Shown here: in pieces, positions 50,054-59,419 of the stretch
How positions within the stretch are numbered: position 1 is the first letter of the stretch
Layout of the letters: every line of letters starts with the position of its first letter
NCBI GenBank assembly: GCA_000960865.2
Contig: JZWU02000006.1
Location: forward strand, 1-64,000
DNA from: Vulcanisaeta sp. AZ3
GTDB lineage: Archaea > Thermoproteota > Thermoprotei > Thermoproteales > Thermocladiaceae
Direction: 5' to 3'
Length of the DNA: 64,000 nt
Made by a program: the position numbers and the translations under genes
Notes under the pieces: model-generated
What the model was told of the DNA's origin: nothing
The model's input: only the letters and a program-made list of their open reading frames with translations
The model's database searches: none

Positions 50054-50206
50054 GGGGCCGTAGTCTAGCCTGGCTAGGGTGGGTTTCAGCCACGGTTATG
50101 ATGCGCGGCTTTACGGCACTCTAAAGTGCCGTACCGCAGCGGGTTGCCTGGTAAAGAAGCATGAGTGCCCGCGTGACCCCGGGTTCAAATCCCGGCGGCC
50201 CCACCA
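50054..50206 (+). tRNA. tRNA-Pro(CGG) with three introns (positions 22/23, 33/34, 37/38) and encoded CCA
   Basis: Acceptor stem GGGGCCG/CGGCCCC-A-CCA, T arm CCGGG-TTCAAAT-CCCGG, anticodon stem CGCGG/CCGCG. Removing 50078-50099, 50111-50139 and 50144-50167 gives a 78-nt cloverleaf with loop CT-CGG-GC; each junction has a BHB-like motif. Confidence 0.88.
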
Positions 50207-50214
50207 AATTAACT

Positions 50215-51553
50215 TTATTCGTTGTAATTAATCGTTAATGCTTTGTACACTAAGTCCATGAGACCCGTATAGGTTATTTTATAGTTGTATATTTTATTTA
50301 ATTTTGGTAAGGCCCTATCCATTTGTAATTTGCATGCAGCACATGGTACGACTATATAGTCTGCCTTCTTTGCTTGGGCCTTCTCATACCATAGTTTTGC
50401 GTATGTTATTGATAGCTCTTCCATATCTTTCGATAGCATGCCGCTTGTTCCTCCGCAACATATTGCTAGCTGTGGTTTCTCATTTAGGTATGTATAGTTC
50501 TTCGTAACCATCGATAATATGTATCTTGGTTCATTTACTAGATCGCCGCCTCTTGCATAATGGCATGGGTCCATGTATACGTAATGGGCATCTCCATTTA
50601 ATGACTTATTAACTTGTATTAATCCTCTTCTTATAGCGTCAGCCGTTAGGTATAGTATATGTGTTCCCTCTATTCCGTAATCCCTGAGCCTTGGGATTAT
50701 ATAGTTCTTGAATACGCGCCATCCATGACCGCACTCACCTGCTATTACTAACTTAACGCCTAGCTTCTTTGCTTCATCCACAATTCTCTCAGCTATTAGT
50801 TTCATGTGTCTTTCATCCATGAATAATCCATAATTCGTTATGTCAGGCGCCTTTGTACTTATTGTGAAGTCTATCCCGAGCTTACTTAGTACTAGTATGT
50901 AGCCTTTGAGGGTCTCAATAGCTATTGTATAGTCAGCACAGGCTGAGGGTAGGAGTAGGGCTTGGGCCTTCTCATCGATTTTAACCTTAATATCAATTCC
51001 CTTTCCCTTTCCTTTTAATCTCGTAAATTACGTTATTAATCACGGCCTTTATGACCTCAGGTGGCGCCCCTAAGAAGTTCCCGGTACTTTCTAAGTTATT
51101 TATTACACCAACAACGTAAGTTGGCGCTAAGCCCATCTCATAAAGTATTTGCCTAATGCTTCTGGAGACTTCACCAACGTCAATGCCAAAGGGACACGCC
51201 CAAGCACATCTCCTGCAGGTTAGGCATTGCCAGTAATAAGTATATGCATCATTAATTGTGTCCTTATTAACCTTACCATTAATTATTGCCTTGGCAAGCA
51301 TTAATCTACCTAGTGGCGAGTTCTTAATATTGTCAATGGATATATATGCAGGACATATGGCTAAGCAAGCACCGCATCTCATGCATAGCTCTATAGCTAG
51401 TCTTAGATTTCTATTCTCATGATAACTTTCGATTAATCTATGCCTTAGATAATCAGTGCCCGCTCTCCTTAATTTAATTCCCACTCTACCGTGGAGCGCC
51501 TTAATTAAATCCAATGGTGCGTAATTATGTCTATATTCATGAAGCTCTCTCAT
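50215..51553 (-). CDS. DsrK/HdrD-like Fe-S oxidoreductase (two CxxCxxCxxxC motifs plus CCG domain), split by a frameshift near 51000
   Basis: CMRCGACLAICP, CLTCRRCAWACPFGID, GECGHGWR, DPC..ARG, CCGG and PCAACK. The sequence between the two ORFs is open in the downstream frame (GIDIKVKID..LLPSACAD..NYGLFMDE). Confidence 0.82.
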
Positions 51554-51680
51554 TAACTTTAATGTAATGCATTTGTTCTTTAAAATACGTATTCTTAGTG
51601 CGTAACTTGCATAGTGCCTCTATGACGCAAGAGGCTATGGGGCAAAATTCTTTTAAAGTTATTATCTATGCTGGGTTATC

Positions 51681-52082
51681 GTGGTTAAATTATTGAGCTT
51701 TTACCAGGGTAGGGATAATAAGAAGCCTAGTGGTGGTTATAGGGCTAGGCCGTATAAGGTCAAGAGAATGGCATTGGGTGGCGGACCGCCAACAAATACT
51801 ACACTATCAAGTAAAGATGCTAGAAGAGTCATTAGGGTTTTTGGCGGTAATGTTAAGGTTAAAGCCGTGAGTATTCAATATGCTAACCTATACATACCTA
51901 AGGAGGGTAAGGCAGTTAAGGCTAAGGTATTGAGAGTTGTTGAAACACCGGCGAATAGGGAGTTGGCTAAGAGAGATATTATTGTTAAGGGTGCTATAAT
52001 TGAGACAGAAAGAGGTAGGGCTATTGTCACCTCGAGGCCTGGGCAAGATGGAGTAGTAAATGCTGTGCTTCTTGAGGAATGA
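51681..52082 (+). CDS. rps8e: 30S ribosomal protein S8e
   Basis: KKPSGG, RVFGGNVK, IVKGAIIET and VTSRPGQDGVVNAVL. Confidence 0.97.
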   Translation: MVKLLSFYQGRDNKKPSGGYRARPYKVKRMALGGGPPTNTTLSSKDARRVIRVFGGNVKVKAVSIQYANLYIPKEGKAVKAKVLRVVETPANRELAKRDIIVKGAIIETERGRAIVTSRPGQDGVVNAVLLEE

Positions 52083-52119
52083 GAAAGTAAATATAACCCA
52101 GTAGTGGCATTTCAATACT

Positions 52120-52431
52120 GTGGATAAGGAGGGTTATTGGATTATATGGGCTGTATACTTTGATTCCAGTAAAAGTAGGGGTTATGGTAGGAAAGTCCCG
52201 AGGAGTTTTGCTGTGAAATCTCCAACGATTGATGAGTTGGTTAAGGCCGTTAGTAACTTGGGTTTGGAGTTCGAGGTTTATAGAGACAAAAAATATCCGT
52301 CTACTTGGTTTGATGGCCCACATGGTTATGTTGCCGTTAAGAAGAAAAATGGGTTAAAGAAGAGAGAGTTAATTAGAAGCATTGCTAAGGAGCTAGTTAA
52401 GATTAGGCAGTCAATGATTAGAGGCGGTTAG
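52120..52431 (+). CDS. srp19: Signal recognition particle protein SRP19
   Basis: IWAVYFDS.KSR..GRKVP..AV.SP and KKYPSTW. Confidence 0.93.
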   Translation: MDKEGYWIIWAVYFDSSKSRGYGRKVPRSFAVKSPTIDELVKAVSNLGLEFEVYRDKKYPSTWFDGPHGYVAVKKKNGLKKRELIRSIAKELVKIRQSMIRGG

Positions 52432-52453
52432 TTTAGCATACTCACGGCAAATC

Positions 52454-52750
52454 TTATACGAATAACATCATTATCGCATTAAGGAGAGGTATTAATAATT
52501 CCCACCTAAAGAGTTTAATAACGCTGCCATTGGGTCTTTGGAATTCTAATTGCCGTAAGCTCGATGTTGGTATTGCCACGTTCAATTCTATCTCTAAGTC
52601 ATTAGTGTTTGTTATTCTCAACACTGCATTATTCCCATAATCCTTTAACCCAGGACTCCGAATATTTCTTGAATCTCATGTCCTTCAGTACTTTTATTAT
52701 GTTATCGAAATAAACGATCTAACGTTATCGTTGTAGTGATTGTATGACAT
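52454..52750 (-). pseudogene. Possible degraded small gene
   Basis: Protein-like segments in shifting frames (VYFDNIIKVLKDMRFKKYSESWV; KDYGNNAVLRITNTNDLEIEL...) downstream of an ATG at 52750. Confidence 0.3.
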
Positions 52751-52776
52751 ATATTGGCTATTCTCAGTCGGTCACT

Positions 52777-53139
52777 TTATAAATGAGCTATTATTATAGC
52801 AAGTAGGGCCAGTAGGAATGCTGATATTACAAGACGCCTGCCACGATATGGAGAAATCCCACTGAGCCAGAGGAAGCCTCCTATTACTCCAAAGAGTAAG
52901 GCCAGAATCTCTGAGGCATTGTAAATCACGTTCTTTAGGAAATTGGCAAATGAGACTAAGTTCATTAATGCATTATTTATTACATTCTCAACACCATTAG
53001 TTATTGAGTTCATAAAATTATTAATTGTACTTGTTATATTATTAGCTGCATCATTAACATTACTGCTCTGCGCATGTGCAATAATTGGTGTAACTATGGT
53101 TATTAATATCACAAGAAATACTTCCATTACTACTTTCAC
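52777..53139 (-). CDS. Secreted/membrane protein with VirB2/TrbC pilin-like architecture
   Basis: Signal peptide ending AHA|Q, long amphipathic helix, then two hydrophobic helices separated by a basic loop (SPYRGRR). Confidence 0.6.
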   Translation of the reverse strand: MKVVMEVFLVILITIVTPIIAHAQSSNVNDAANNITSTINNFMNSITNGVENVINNALMNLVSFANFLKNVIYNASEILALLFGVIGGFLWLSGISPYRGRRLVISAFLLALLAIIIAHL

Positions 53140-53189
53140 ACATTCTCACCATCAATTTCATTATCAATATGATTTATTAATCACTTTCA

Positions 53190-53605
53190 CCGACTTCCCT
53201 CACCGCCTTGAAGCGCATGGATTTCCAACGAGAGGGTTTTTCTAATCGATTCATGTTTATATTTTCTCATTTGAGAACTGTCGTGAAGAATAGAATCCTT
53301 GCCCATCAAACTAATACATCTTTTGTTATAAATTGATTAATTATTGCAATAGTATCTCTATCGTTTTCATAGCTACATCTTGGGAGCATTTTGAAACACC
53401 TACATCCTGATTTCTCTATAAATTTCATTTCAATTTCCATACTACACTTTAGGCAATGAGTAAATGTACAATTAGTCTTAACACACGTGGTAGTTAAGCC
53501 ATCTCTTAGCCTACCAATTAACCCAAATATTGAATCCTATCGTACTGCATAAGGATAAAGTCTATCTCTGTACTCTTTGGTTAGTTTATCAACAGTCTTG
53601 GCTAA
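53190..53605 (-). mobile_element. tnpB: Degraded IS200/IS605-family element: tnpB 3' fragment and right-end/omega-RNA region
   Basis: Minus strand gives fragments VDKLTKEYRDRLY, MQY.RIQY, HCLKC and RCSYENDRDTIAIIN (Zn finger and RuvC-III), followed by CTCAAATGAGA..ATGAATCGAT..AACCCTCTCG..CTTCAAGGCGGTGAGGGAAGTCGG, resembling crenarchaeal IS605 right ends. Confidence 0.72.
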
Positions 53606-53675
53606 TTATATAATTATTAATGAGGTTTTCTATCAATAAAAACTTTATTAAGATGCTATAATGTGATTATTTTGT

Positions 53676-55049
53676 ATGAAGATACCGAGAGCGTTAACAA
53701 TTGCGGGTCTCGACTCTGGTGGTGGCGCTGGTATTACAGCTGACCTAAAGACCTTTCATACTTTAGGGGTTTATGGTATGGTGGCCCTAACCGCAGTAAC
53801 TGCACAAAATACAATGGGCGTCAGGGCTGTTCAGGAGGTTGATCCTCAAATAGTCGAGGCTCAGATAGATACTGTGGCTGAGGATATTGGTATTGACGCA
53901 GCTAAGACGGGTATGCTCAGTAGCTCACCAATAATGGAGGCTGCAGCAAGGGCAATAAAGAGATGGAGATTTCCTCTTGTTGTGGATCCTGTTATGTATG
54001 CAAAGAGCGGTGATCCACTGATTAGGCCTGAGGCCATGGAAACTCTCAAGCGTGTAATAATACCCATAGCTAAGGTTATTACGCCGAATGCACCCGAGGC
54101 ATCGCACTTGGCGGGCTTTCCCGTGGAGACCTTGGATGATGCCAAAAGAGCAGCTAAGGTAATTGCTGAGGAACTGCATCCTGAGATTGTCATAGTTAAG
54201 GGCGGCCATTTAACGGGCCCCGAAAGCATTGATATTGTTTACTTCAGAGACACAGGTGAGTATAGAGAACTGAGCGCTCCTAGAATAGATACTAAGAATA
54301 CACATGGCACTGGTTGTTCATTCTCAGCGGCCATAGCCGCAGGCTTAGCGAGAGGAATGGATGCTTGGGAGGCTATTAAGGTAGCTAAGGAATTAATTAC
54401 CAAGGCTATAATGTACTCATTACCATTAGGCCATGGTCATGGGCCTGTCAATCCCATGGCGTGGCTAGAATTAGAGGCCTATAAAGTTGAGGTGCTTGAT
54501 GAACTAAACAAGGCCTTAACAATTATCGAGAAGAATGCCGAGCTTGTAGGCAGTTACATACCTGAGGTTCAATCAAACTTAGGCTATGCACTACCTGCCC
54601 TCTATGTAAGGAATGTAAATGATGTTGCCGCTGTACCTGGCAAGATAGTAAAATACATAGGTAAGGCTAAACCCAGCGGATCTCCAACCTTTGGCGCAAG
54701 CTCTCGCATTGCTAACTACATACTGACCGCCATGAAGTACGACTCTGAAATGAGAGCTGCAATGAACATAAAATATGATGAAGAAATAATTAGGACCGCT
54801 AGAGAACTAGGATTTGTAACCAGCGGTTATGATAGAAGACAAGAACCACCTGAGGTTAAGGCTAAGGAAGATATATCAATATCATGGGGTGCGGAACAAG
54901 CAATAAGGGCTGTAGGTAAAGTTCCAGACATTATTTATCACCAGGGTGATTGGGGCAAGGAACCCGAAATAATTATTCTAGGGAGGACACCAACAGAGGT
55001 CGTGAATAAGTTATTAATAATCATAAACCATATTAGTAAAATCCATTGA
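53676..55049 (+). CDS. thiD: Bifunctional HMP/HMP-P kinase and thiamine-phosphate synthase (ThiD-ThiN fusion)
   Basis: TIAGLDSGGGAGI.ADLKT, HGTGCSFS and the ThiN domain motifs IPEVQSN, FGASS and GDWGKEP. Confidence 0.95.
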   Translation: MKIPRALTIAGLDSGGGAGITADLKTFHTLGVYGMVALTAVTAQNTMGVRAVQEVDPQIVEAQIDTVAEDIGIDAAKTGMLSSSPIMEAAARAIKRWRFPLVVDPVMYAKSGDPLIRPEAMETLKRVIIPIAKVITPNAPEASHLAGFPVETLDDAKRAAKVIAEELHPEIVIVKGGHLTGPESIDIVYFRDTGEYRELSAPRIDTKNTHGTGCSFSAAIAAGLARGMDAWEAIKVAKELITKAIMYSLPLGHGHGPVNPMAWLELEAYKVEVLDELNKALTIIEKNAELVGSYIPEVQSNLGYALPALYVRNVNDVAAVPGKIVKYIGKAKPSGSPTFGASSRIANYILTAMKYDSEMRAAMNIKYDEEIIRTARELGFVTSGYDRRQEPPEVKAKEDISISWGAEQAIRAVGKVPDIIYHQGDWGKEPEIIILGRTPTEVVNKLLIIINHISKIH

Positions 55050-55077
55050 TTATACAATATTAATTTTACTCTCTCCA

Positions 55078-55374
55078 TTAAACGAGGACCACTTGTAAGT
55101 ATTTATCGCCATGTCTACTGATCTTATACCTACTAATCTTTCCATCCCTTAAGACAGCAACTTCACCCCTGACGCCCTTAGCCACAGGCCTCCAACTCGG
55201 TGAAAAGTAATACTCACTACTCTTATACCTGGACTTAGCCAGTGGGTAAGCATTACCATTATATAGTATTACACCAACGCTCCACTCAGGGGCCTTATCG
55301 ATAAGTGTTGAATAATTCTCACCCTCAGCCTCCTCGTTATGCGATTCATCTTCGTATCTATCTTCATCCTCCAT
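55078..55374 (-). CDS. Hypothetical protein with acidic N-terminus
   Basis: 98-aa ORF with a TATA-like element upstream. Confidence 0.65.
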   Translation of the reverse strand: MEDEDRYEDESHNEEAEGENYSTLIDKAPEWSVGVILYNGNAYPLAKSRYKSSEYYFSPSWRPVAKGVRGEVAVLRDGKISRYKISRHGDKYLQVVLV

Positions 55375-55493
55375 TACATAGGGTTTAGGTCACTTCTTTA
55401 TATACTTAACTATGTACGTATGGAAGACCGCAAACTTAATAATACCTGCTGGAAATCATTGCTCAAAATGAAATGCCATGCTTAAATAATCTA

Positions 55494-55649
55494 TTATTTC
55501 TTGAACCTCTTGGGCCTCAAATTCTTGCTTTTACATCTCCTACACTTCTCAGCACCTGGTGGATTTCTTGCTCCACAATCCCTGCATATCCAGTAATTGA
55601 ACCTATGCTCAATGGCTATCCTAAGTTTCTCTGCATCGCTAATGGGCAT
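55494..55649 (-). CDS. rpl40e: 50S ribosomal protein L40e (absent from the ORF track)
   Basis: Translates to [51 protein letters not shown] (51 aa), with the L40e C4 zinc knuckle and LRPK. Confidence 0.96.
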   Translation of the reverse strand: MPISDAEKLRIAIEHRFNYWICRDCGARNPPGAEKCRRCKSKNLRPKRFKK

Positions 55650-55703
55650 ACGAAGCACGTACTAAATGAGAACCTTTTTATGTTTTTACCCTCAACAACA
55701 CCC

Positions 55704-56027
55704 TCACTCTACTGGTATTACTGCCTTTATCTTAATCTCATCGAGAGGCTTAATTCCATACCTCTCTCTAATCTCCTTAGGTATTGTGAATTGCCTACTA
55801 GCTGTATTCCTAGTCCTCAATAACCTAACTCTCTTAAGCGTTATTTCCTGCCCTGAATACTCAATGGTTATGTCAGCATACCAAGTATTCAAAATACCCA
55901 AGGCCTTCGCCAAACTAGCCGGTATCAAGACTTGGTAATTTATGTATATTCTAGCTATGTACGGCAATTCGGTGATTTCCAAGTTTCTCCTGATTCTCCT
56001 AACCCTAGACATTTCTCCAACCGCCAT
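55704..56027 (-). CDS. AbrB/MazE/SpoVT-family DNA-binding protein (duplicated swapped hairpin)
   Basis: QVLIPASLAKALGI and QFTIPKEIRERYGIKPLD repeats. Confidence 0.85.
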   Translation of the reverse strand: MAVGEMSRVRRIRRNLEITELPYIARIYINYQVLIPASLAKALGILNTWYADITIEYSGQEITLKRVRLLRTRNTASRQFTIPKEIRERYGIKPLDEIKIKAVIPVE

Positions 56028-56154
56028 ATTTTTCGTTTACTTATTAAGGTTTCTAATTAAACTAACTAAAGCTAGAGAAGGAAGCTTAGGCTTCACGAGG
56101 CGTCCGAGGATTGTCGAATAATTTTATAAAAGACACAGTATCATGTGTTAAGTA

Positions 56155-56745
56155 ATGAATATTGCAATTGACATATTGGTAATGGTCGCTCAATTAATAG
56201 CCATAATAGACCCCATGGGAGCCCTACCCATAGTAATGAATATGCCAGGCATAGAAAAACCCATAATATTTAGAAGAGCACTTAAGACAATAGCCGTAGC
56301 AGTACCTACACTACTCATATTCTTCGCGATAGCCGGACCATATATATTGAGGGCCTTTAACATAAGCATTGCAGACTTCAGGATAGCCGGCGGAATAGTA
56401 CTGCTGATCCTCGGTATTGACACACTTAGAGAGGGGGCGCCTAGAACTATGGGACTATCTCCAGAGGATTATGTCTTCGTACCAATAGTTACGCCAATGC
56501 TTGTAGGCCCAGGTGCTATAACCTCAGTTATGCTATTCATGACTTATTACGGATTACCCGAGGTGCTTATTAGCATTATTATAGCCTCATTAATAACATA
56601 CATAATCATTAGATTTAGCCTAACAATAATAAAAGCCATAGGTGCTAACATGCTTAAATTCATCGGAAGATTCATGAGCTTAATAATAATGGCATGGGCA
56701 GTATCCCTAATAATACAAGGTGTTAGAGAAACACTACTCATTTAA
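56155..56745 (+). CDS. marC: MarC family membrane protein
   Basis: IIDPMGALP, FRIAGGIVL and VPIVTPMLVGPGAIT. Confidence 0.93.
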   Translation: MNIAIDILVMVAQLIAIIDPMGALPIVMNMPGIEKPIIFRRALKTIAVAVPTLLIFFAIAGPYILRAFNISIADFRIAGGIVLLILGIDTLREGAPRTMGLSPEDYVFVPIVTPMLVGPGAITSVMLFMTYYGLPEVLISIIIASLITYIIIRFSLTIIKAIGANMLKFIGRFMSLIIMAWAVSLIIQGVRETLLI

Positions 56746-56859
56746 TAAGAATGAGAAATAGAATAGAAAGTGGATTTTTTGGAGATTGGGCGAAGTTAGT
56801 TTCTATTCCAAATAATAGGAGATATGTCTTATTAAGTCAAGGGAGTTTAATAGTTATGT

Positions 56860-58059
56860 ATGTCCTTACGGAATATTAATCGTGAGGGGCTGCTTTTAGC
56901 CACCGCTAATTCGGTGAGCGGGATTATTTGGGGTGCTAATTCTGTCATTCTCTCAATTTATATGCTCCATATTGGCATGTCACCAACTATGATTGGAGCG
57001 GTCCTCGGCGCATTCTCTCTAATGAGCGCCCTTGGATCTCTTATTGTGGGTTATTTGGCGGATTTCATAGATAGGGTTAGACTATTCACATTATTATCAT
57101 TAGTTAGTGGCACGTTGATTCTCCTTATGGCGAGTGAAAGTCCGATCTTAGTGTCCATGGCTTACTTACTGGTTGCGTTGTTTAATCGTTATGTGGTTTC
57201 CACAGCAATCGTTGGTGAGTTTGCAAAGCAGAAAGGTATCTCTGATGAGATTTTTAGTTTGTCGTCAACCTTTAACATAACCTTTAGTGTTGTTGGTTCT
57301 GCAATGGCGTCATTACCTAATTACCTTGGGTGGCTTGGTTATGATTTAATATTTATTGTAGAGGCCGCGGCCGTATACTTGTCCATACCCATGGTGTTAT
57401 ATGCCGTTAAGAACCTTGGTTCATTAATCGTGAATGTTAGTATTGATAGACCTAGCCTGAGGGATTTAGGTAGATTACGCTCCTCCTGGCTACTAAAGAG
57501 ACTCCTCCCTGAGGCTATTATTGGGCTTGGTGCTGGTATAATCATACCACTTTTCAGCCTCTGGTTTTACTTGAAGTTTCACGTGAATATTGTTAACTTA
57601 AGCCTCGTTTACGTAATATCTAACGCCACGCTTGCCCTGGGCACGTTAATGGCTCCGAAAATATCGAGGTTAATCAATAGTAGGGTTGTCTCAGTGACCC
57701 TTCTAGAGGGCTTGGCTACCGGAGTCCTCGCCATAATGCCCTCAATATATAATCTACTAGTGCTCCTGGCGCTATTCATAATTAGGAACACTCTAATGAA
57801 CATGGCAAATCCATTATTAACATCACTAATTAATGAACTAGTACCCAGAGAGGAGAGAGGTAGAGTCTTCGGTATTTGGAATATGATATCATCAATACCG
57901 AGGGCCGTGGGCCCTGGAATTGGCGGCTACCTAATGGGCATTGGTTACCTAGACCTACCTCTCTACATAACATCAATATTATATGCCACCGCAGTAGTAT
58001 TATTTTACACCCTACTTAGGGGTGTTGAGAACAAGGTTGGGCTTACCTATAGGACCTAA
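56860..58059 (+). CDS. MFS transporter
   Basis: About twelve transmembrane segments; GYLADFIDR and VPREERGRVFG. Confidence 0.9.
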   Translation: MSLRNINREGLLLATANSVSGIIWGANSVILSIYMLHIGMSPTMIGAVLGAFSLMSALGSLIVGYLADFIDRVRLFTLLSLVSGTLILLMASESPILVSMAYLLVALFNRYVVSTAIVGEFAKQKGISDEIFSLSSTFNITFSVVGSAMASLPNYLGWLGYDLIFIVEAAAVYLSIPMVLYAVKNLGSLIVNVSIDRPSLRDLGRLRSSWLLKRLLPEAIIGLGAGIIIPLFSLWFYLKFHVNIVNLSLVYVISNATLALGTLMAPKISRLINSRVVSVTLLEGLATGVLAIMPSIYNLLVLLALFIIRNTLMNMANPLLTSLINELVPREERGRVFGIWNMISSIPRAVGPGIGGYLMGIGYLDLPLYITSILYATAVVLFYTLLRGVENKVGLTYRT

Positions 58060-58127
58060 TCGCGATTTTCTCTCCAGACTTTGTCACAGGAAAAATACTT
58101 ATTAATTAGGGCATTTGTGACTCTAAC

Positions 58128-59381
58128 GTGAATTTTCAGGAGAGAGTATCAAGAAATACAAATAGGGTTATGAGGATGCTAAGTATGCTGCTCGGACCTG
58201 GTTGGTTAGTCATGTTAGCTGATGTGGATGCGCCGAGCATACTCACGGCCATGCAGAGTGGATATTACACGGGACTTGCCATGGTGCCCTGGCTGTTAGT
58301 ATTAACAGTACCACTCTACTTCATACAAGAGTTAACAATACGTGCAGCACTCGGTAGTGGTAAGGGTATGGGCTCACTCCTCAGAGAGGTTTATGGTAGT
58401 GGTATAGCGGCTTTCTCCTTAATATCAATGCTCATAATTGATGGGGCTGCCTACTTGGGCGAGTACGCGGCTATATCAACTATAGGCCTATTGTTTGGGG
58501 TGCCCGTGGTGATCTCAGTCATACTGACACTTATCTTCCACACTTCAATAATATTAATGGGCGGCTCATATAAGAAAGTTGAGAATGTATTACTCGCGGT
58601 ATCTGCATTCATACTTGTGTATCTACTGGCCTTTGCCGTAGTACCCATAAATGCCCCGTACATTTATAGCGCATTCATATATATGTTCCAGCCTATATCT
58701 TACCTAAACTCATCATACATAGAACTCCTTGCGGCTAATGTAGGTGCGGTTATAATGCCTTGGATGCTTTATTATCAACAATCAGCCATTGTAGATAAGG
58801 GGCTTACGAGAGAGCATTATACGCATGAGAGATTTGAGACCGCGATGGGTGCTATTATAAGTGAGGCATTGATGATAGGGAGCTTACTTGTTGGTTTTTG
58901 GTTAAGGATTAGGGGTGGGCTTGTTAATAACTTCCAATCAGCATTACTATCAATTGATAAGGTTATCAACCCATACTGGTTTATGGTTGCCGCCATAGGT
59001 ATGGTAGCTGCGGCACTATTAGCCATATTCGTGATAAGCCTAGGCTTCTCATACGGATTAAGTGAGTACTTCGGATGGACTGCAGGACTTAGATGGAAGC
59101 CTTATGAAGCTAAGGGCTTTTACATATTCTACGCAATTGAGATCATACCTGCCGCTCTAATAATACTATTCGCAAGAGAACTCGCTAACTTAATACTAGG
59201 TATTATGATTTTTAACGCTATAGCTCTTGCAATACCAACCTATTTACTAATTCACATTACCTCACGTAAGGAAGTAATTGGCAGATATGCAATAAGTAGG
59301 GCTAGGGCTGTGGCACTATACGTGGTAACTACATTAATGGTTATATCTGGCATATATGGCATAATTACGTCCCTATATTAA
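58128..59381 (+). CDS. NRAMP family divalent metal transporter
   Basis: GPGWLVMLADVDAPS, QELTIR and GAVIMPWMLYYQQS. Confidence 0.88.
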   Translation: MNFQERVSRNTNRVMRMLSMLLGPGWLVMLADVDAPSILTAMQSGYYTGLAMVPWLLVLTVPLYFIQELTIRAALGSGKGMGSLLREVYGSGIAAFSLISMLIIDGAAYLGEYAAISTIGLLFGVPVVISVILTLIFHTSIILMGGSYKKVENVLLAVSAFILVYLLAFAVVPINAPYIYSAFIYMFQPISYLNSSYIELLAANVGAVIMPWMLYYQQSAIVDKGLTREHYTHERFETAMGAIISEALMIGSLLVGFWLRIRGGLVNNFQSALLSIDKVINPYWFMVAAIGMVAAALLAIFVISLGFSYGLSEYFGWTAGLRWKPYEAKGFYIFYAIEIIPAALIILFARELANLILGIMIFNAIALAIPTYLLIHITSRKEVIGRYAISRARAVALYVVTTLMVISGIYGIITSLY

Positions 59382-59419
59382 TATGAGTAAGATTAATTAG
59401 CTCCTGTATATATGGTAGT

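Noticed and set aside
50104-50113. Apparent TTA anticodon (ochre suppressor tRNA) when reading CGCGG-CT-TTA unspliced
   Set aside because: TTA is the start of intron 2. The BHB-like motifs and the Pro-type acceptor stem give CGG after splicing.
51610-51639. Hairpin between the DsrK-like and rps8e promoters
   Set aside because: Short imperfect stem with no other support for an RNA element.
52943-53245. Plus-strand 100-aa ORF
   Set aside because: Antisense to the pilin-like gene and runs into the IS right-end remnant.
50180-53605. Integrated element at the tRNA-Pro 3' end
   Set aside because: No duplicated tRNA 3' end (att site) or integrase was seen, and core genes (rps8e, srp19) follow closely.
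55473-55938. Plus-strand ORFs 55473-55823 and 55666-55938
   Set aside because: Antisense shadows of rpl40e and the AbrB-like gene.
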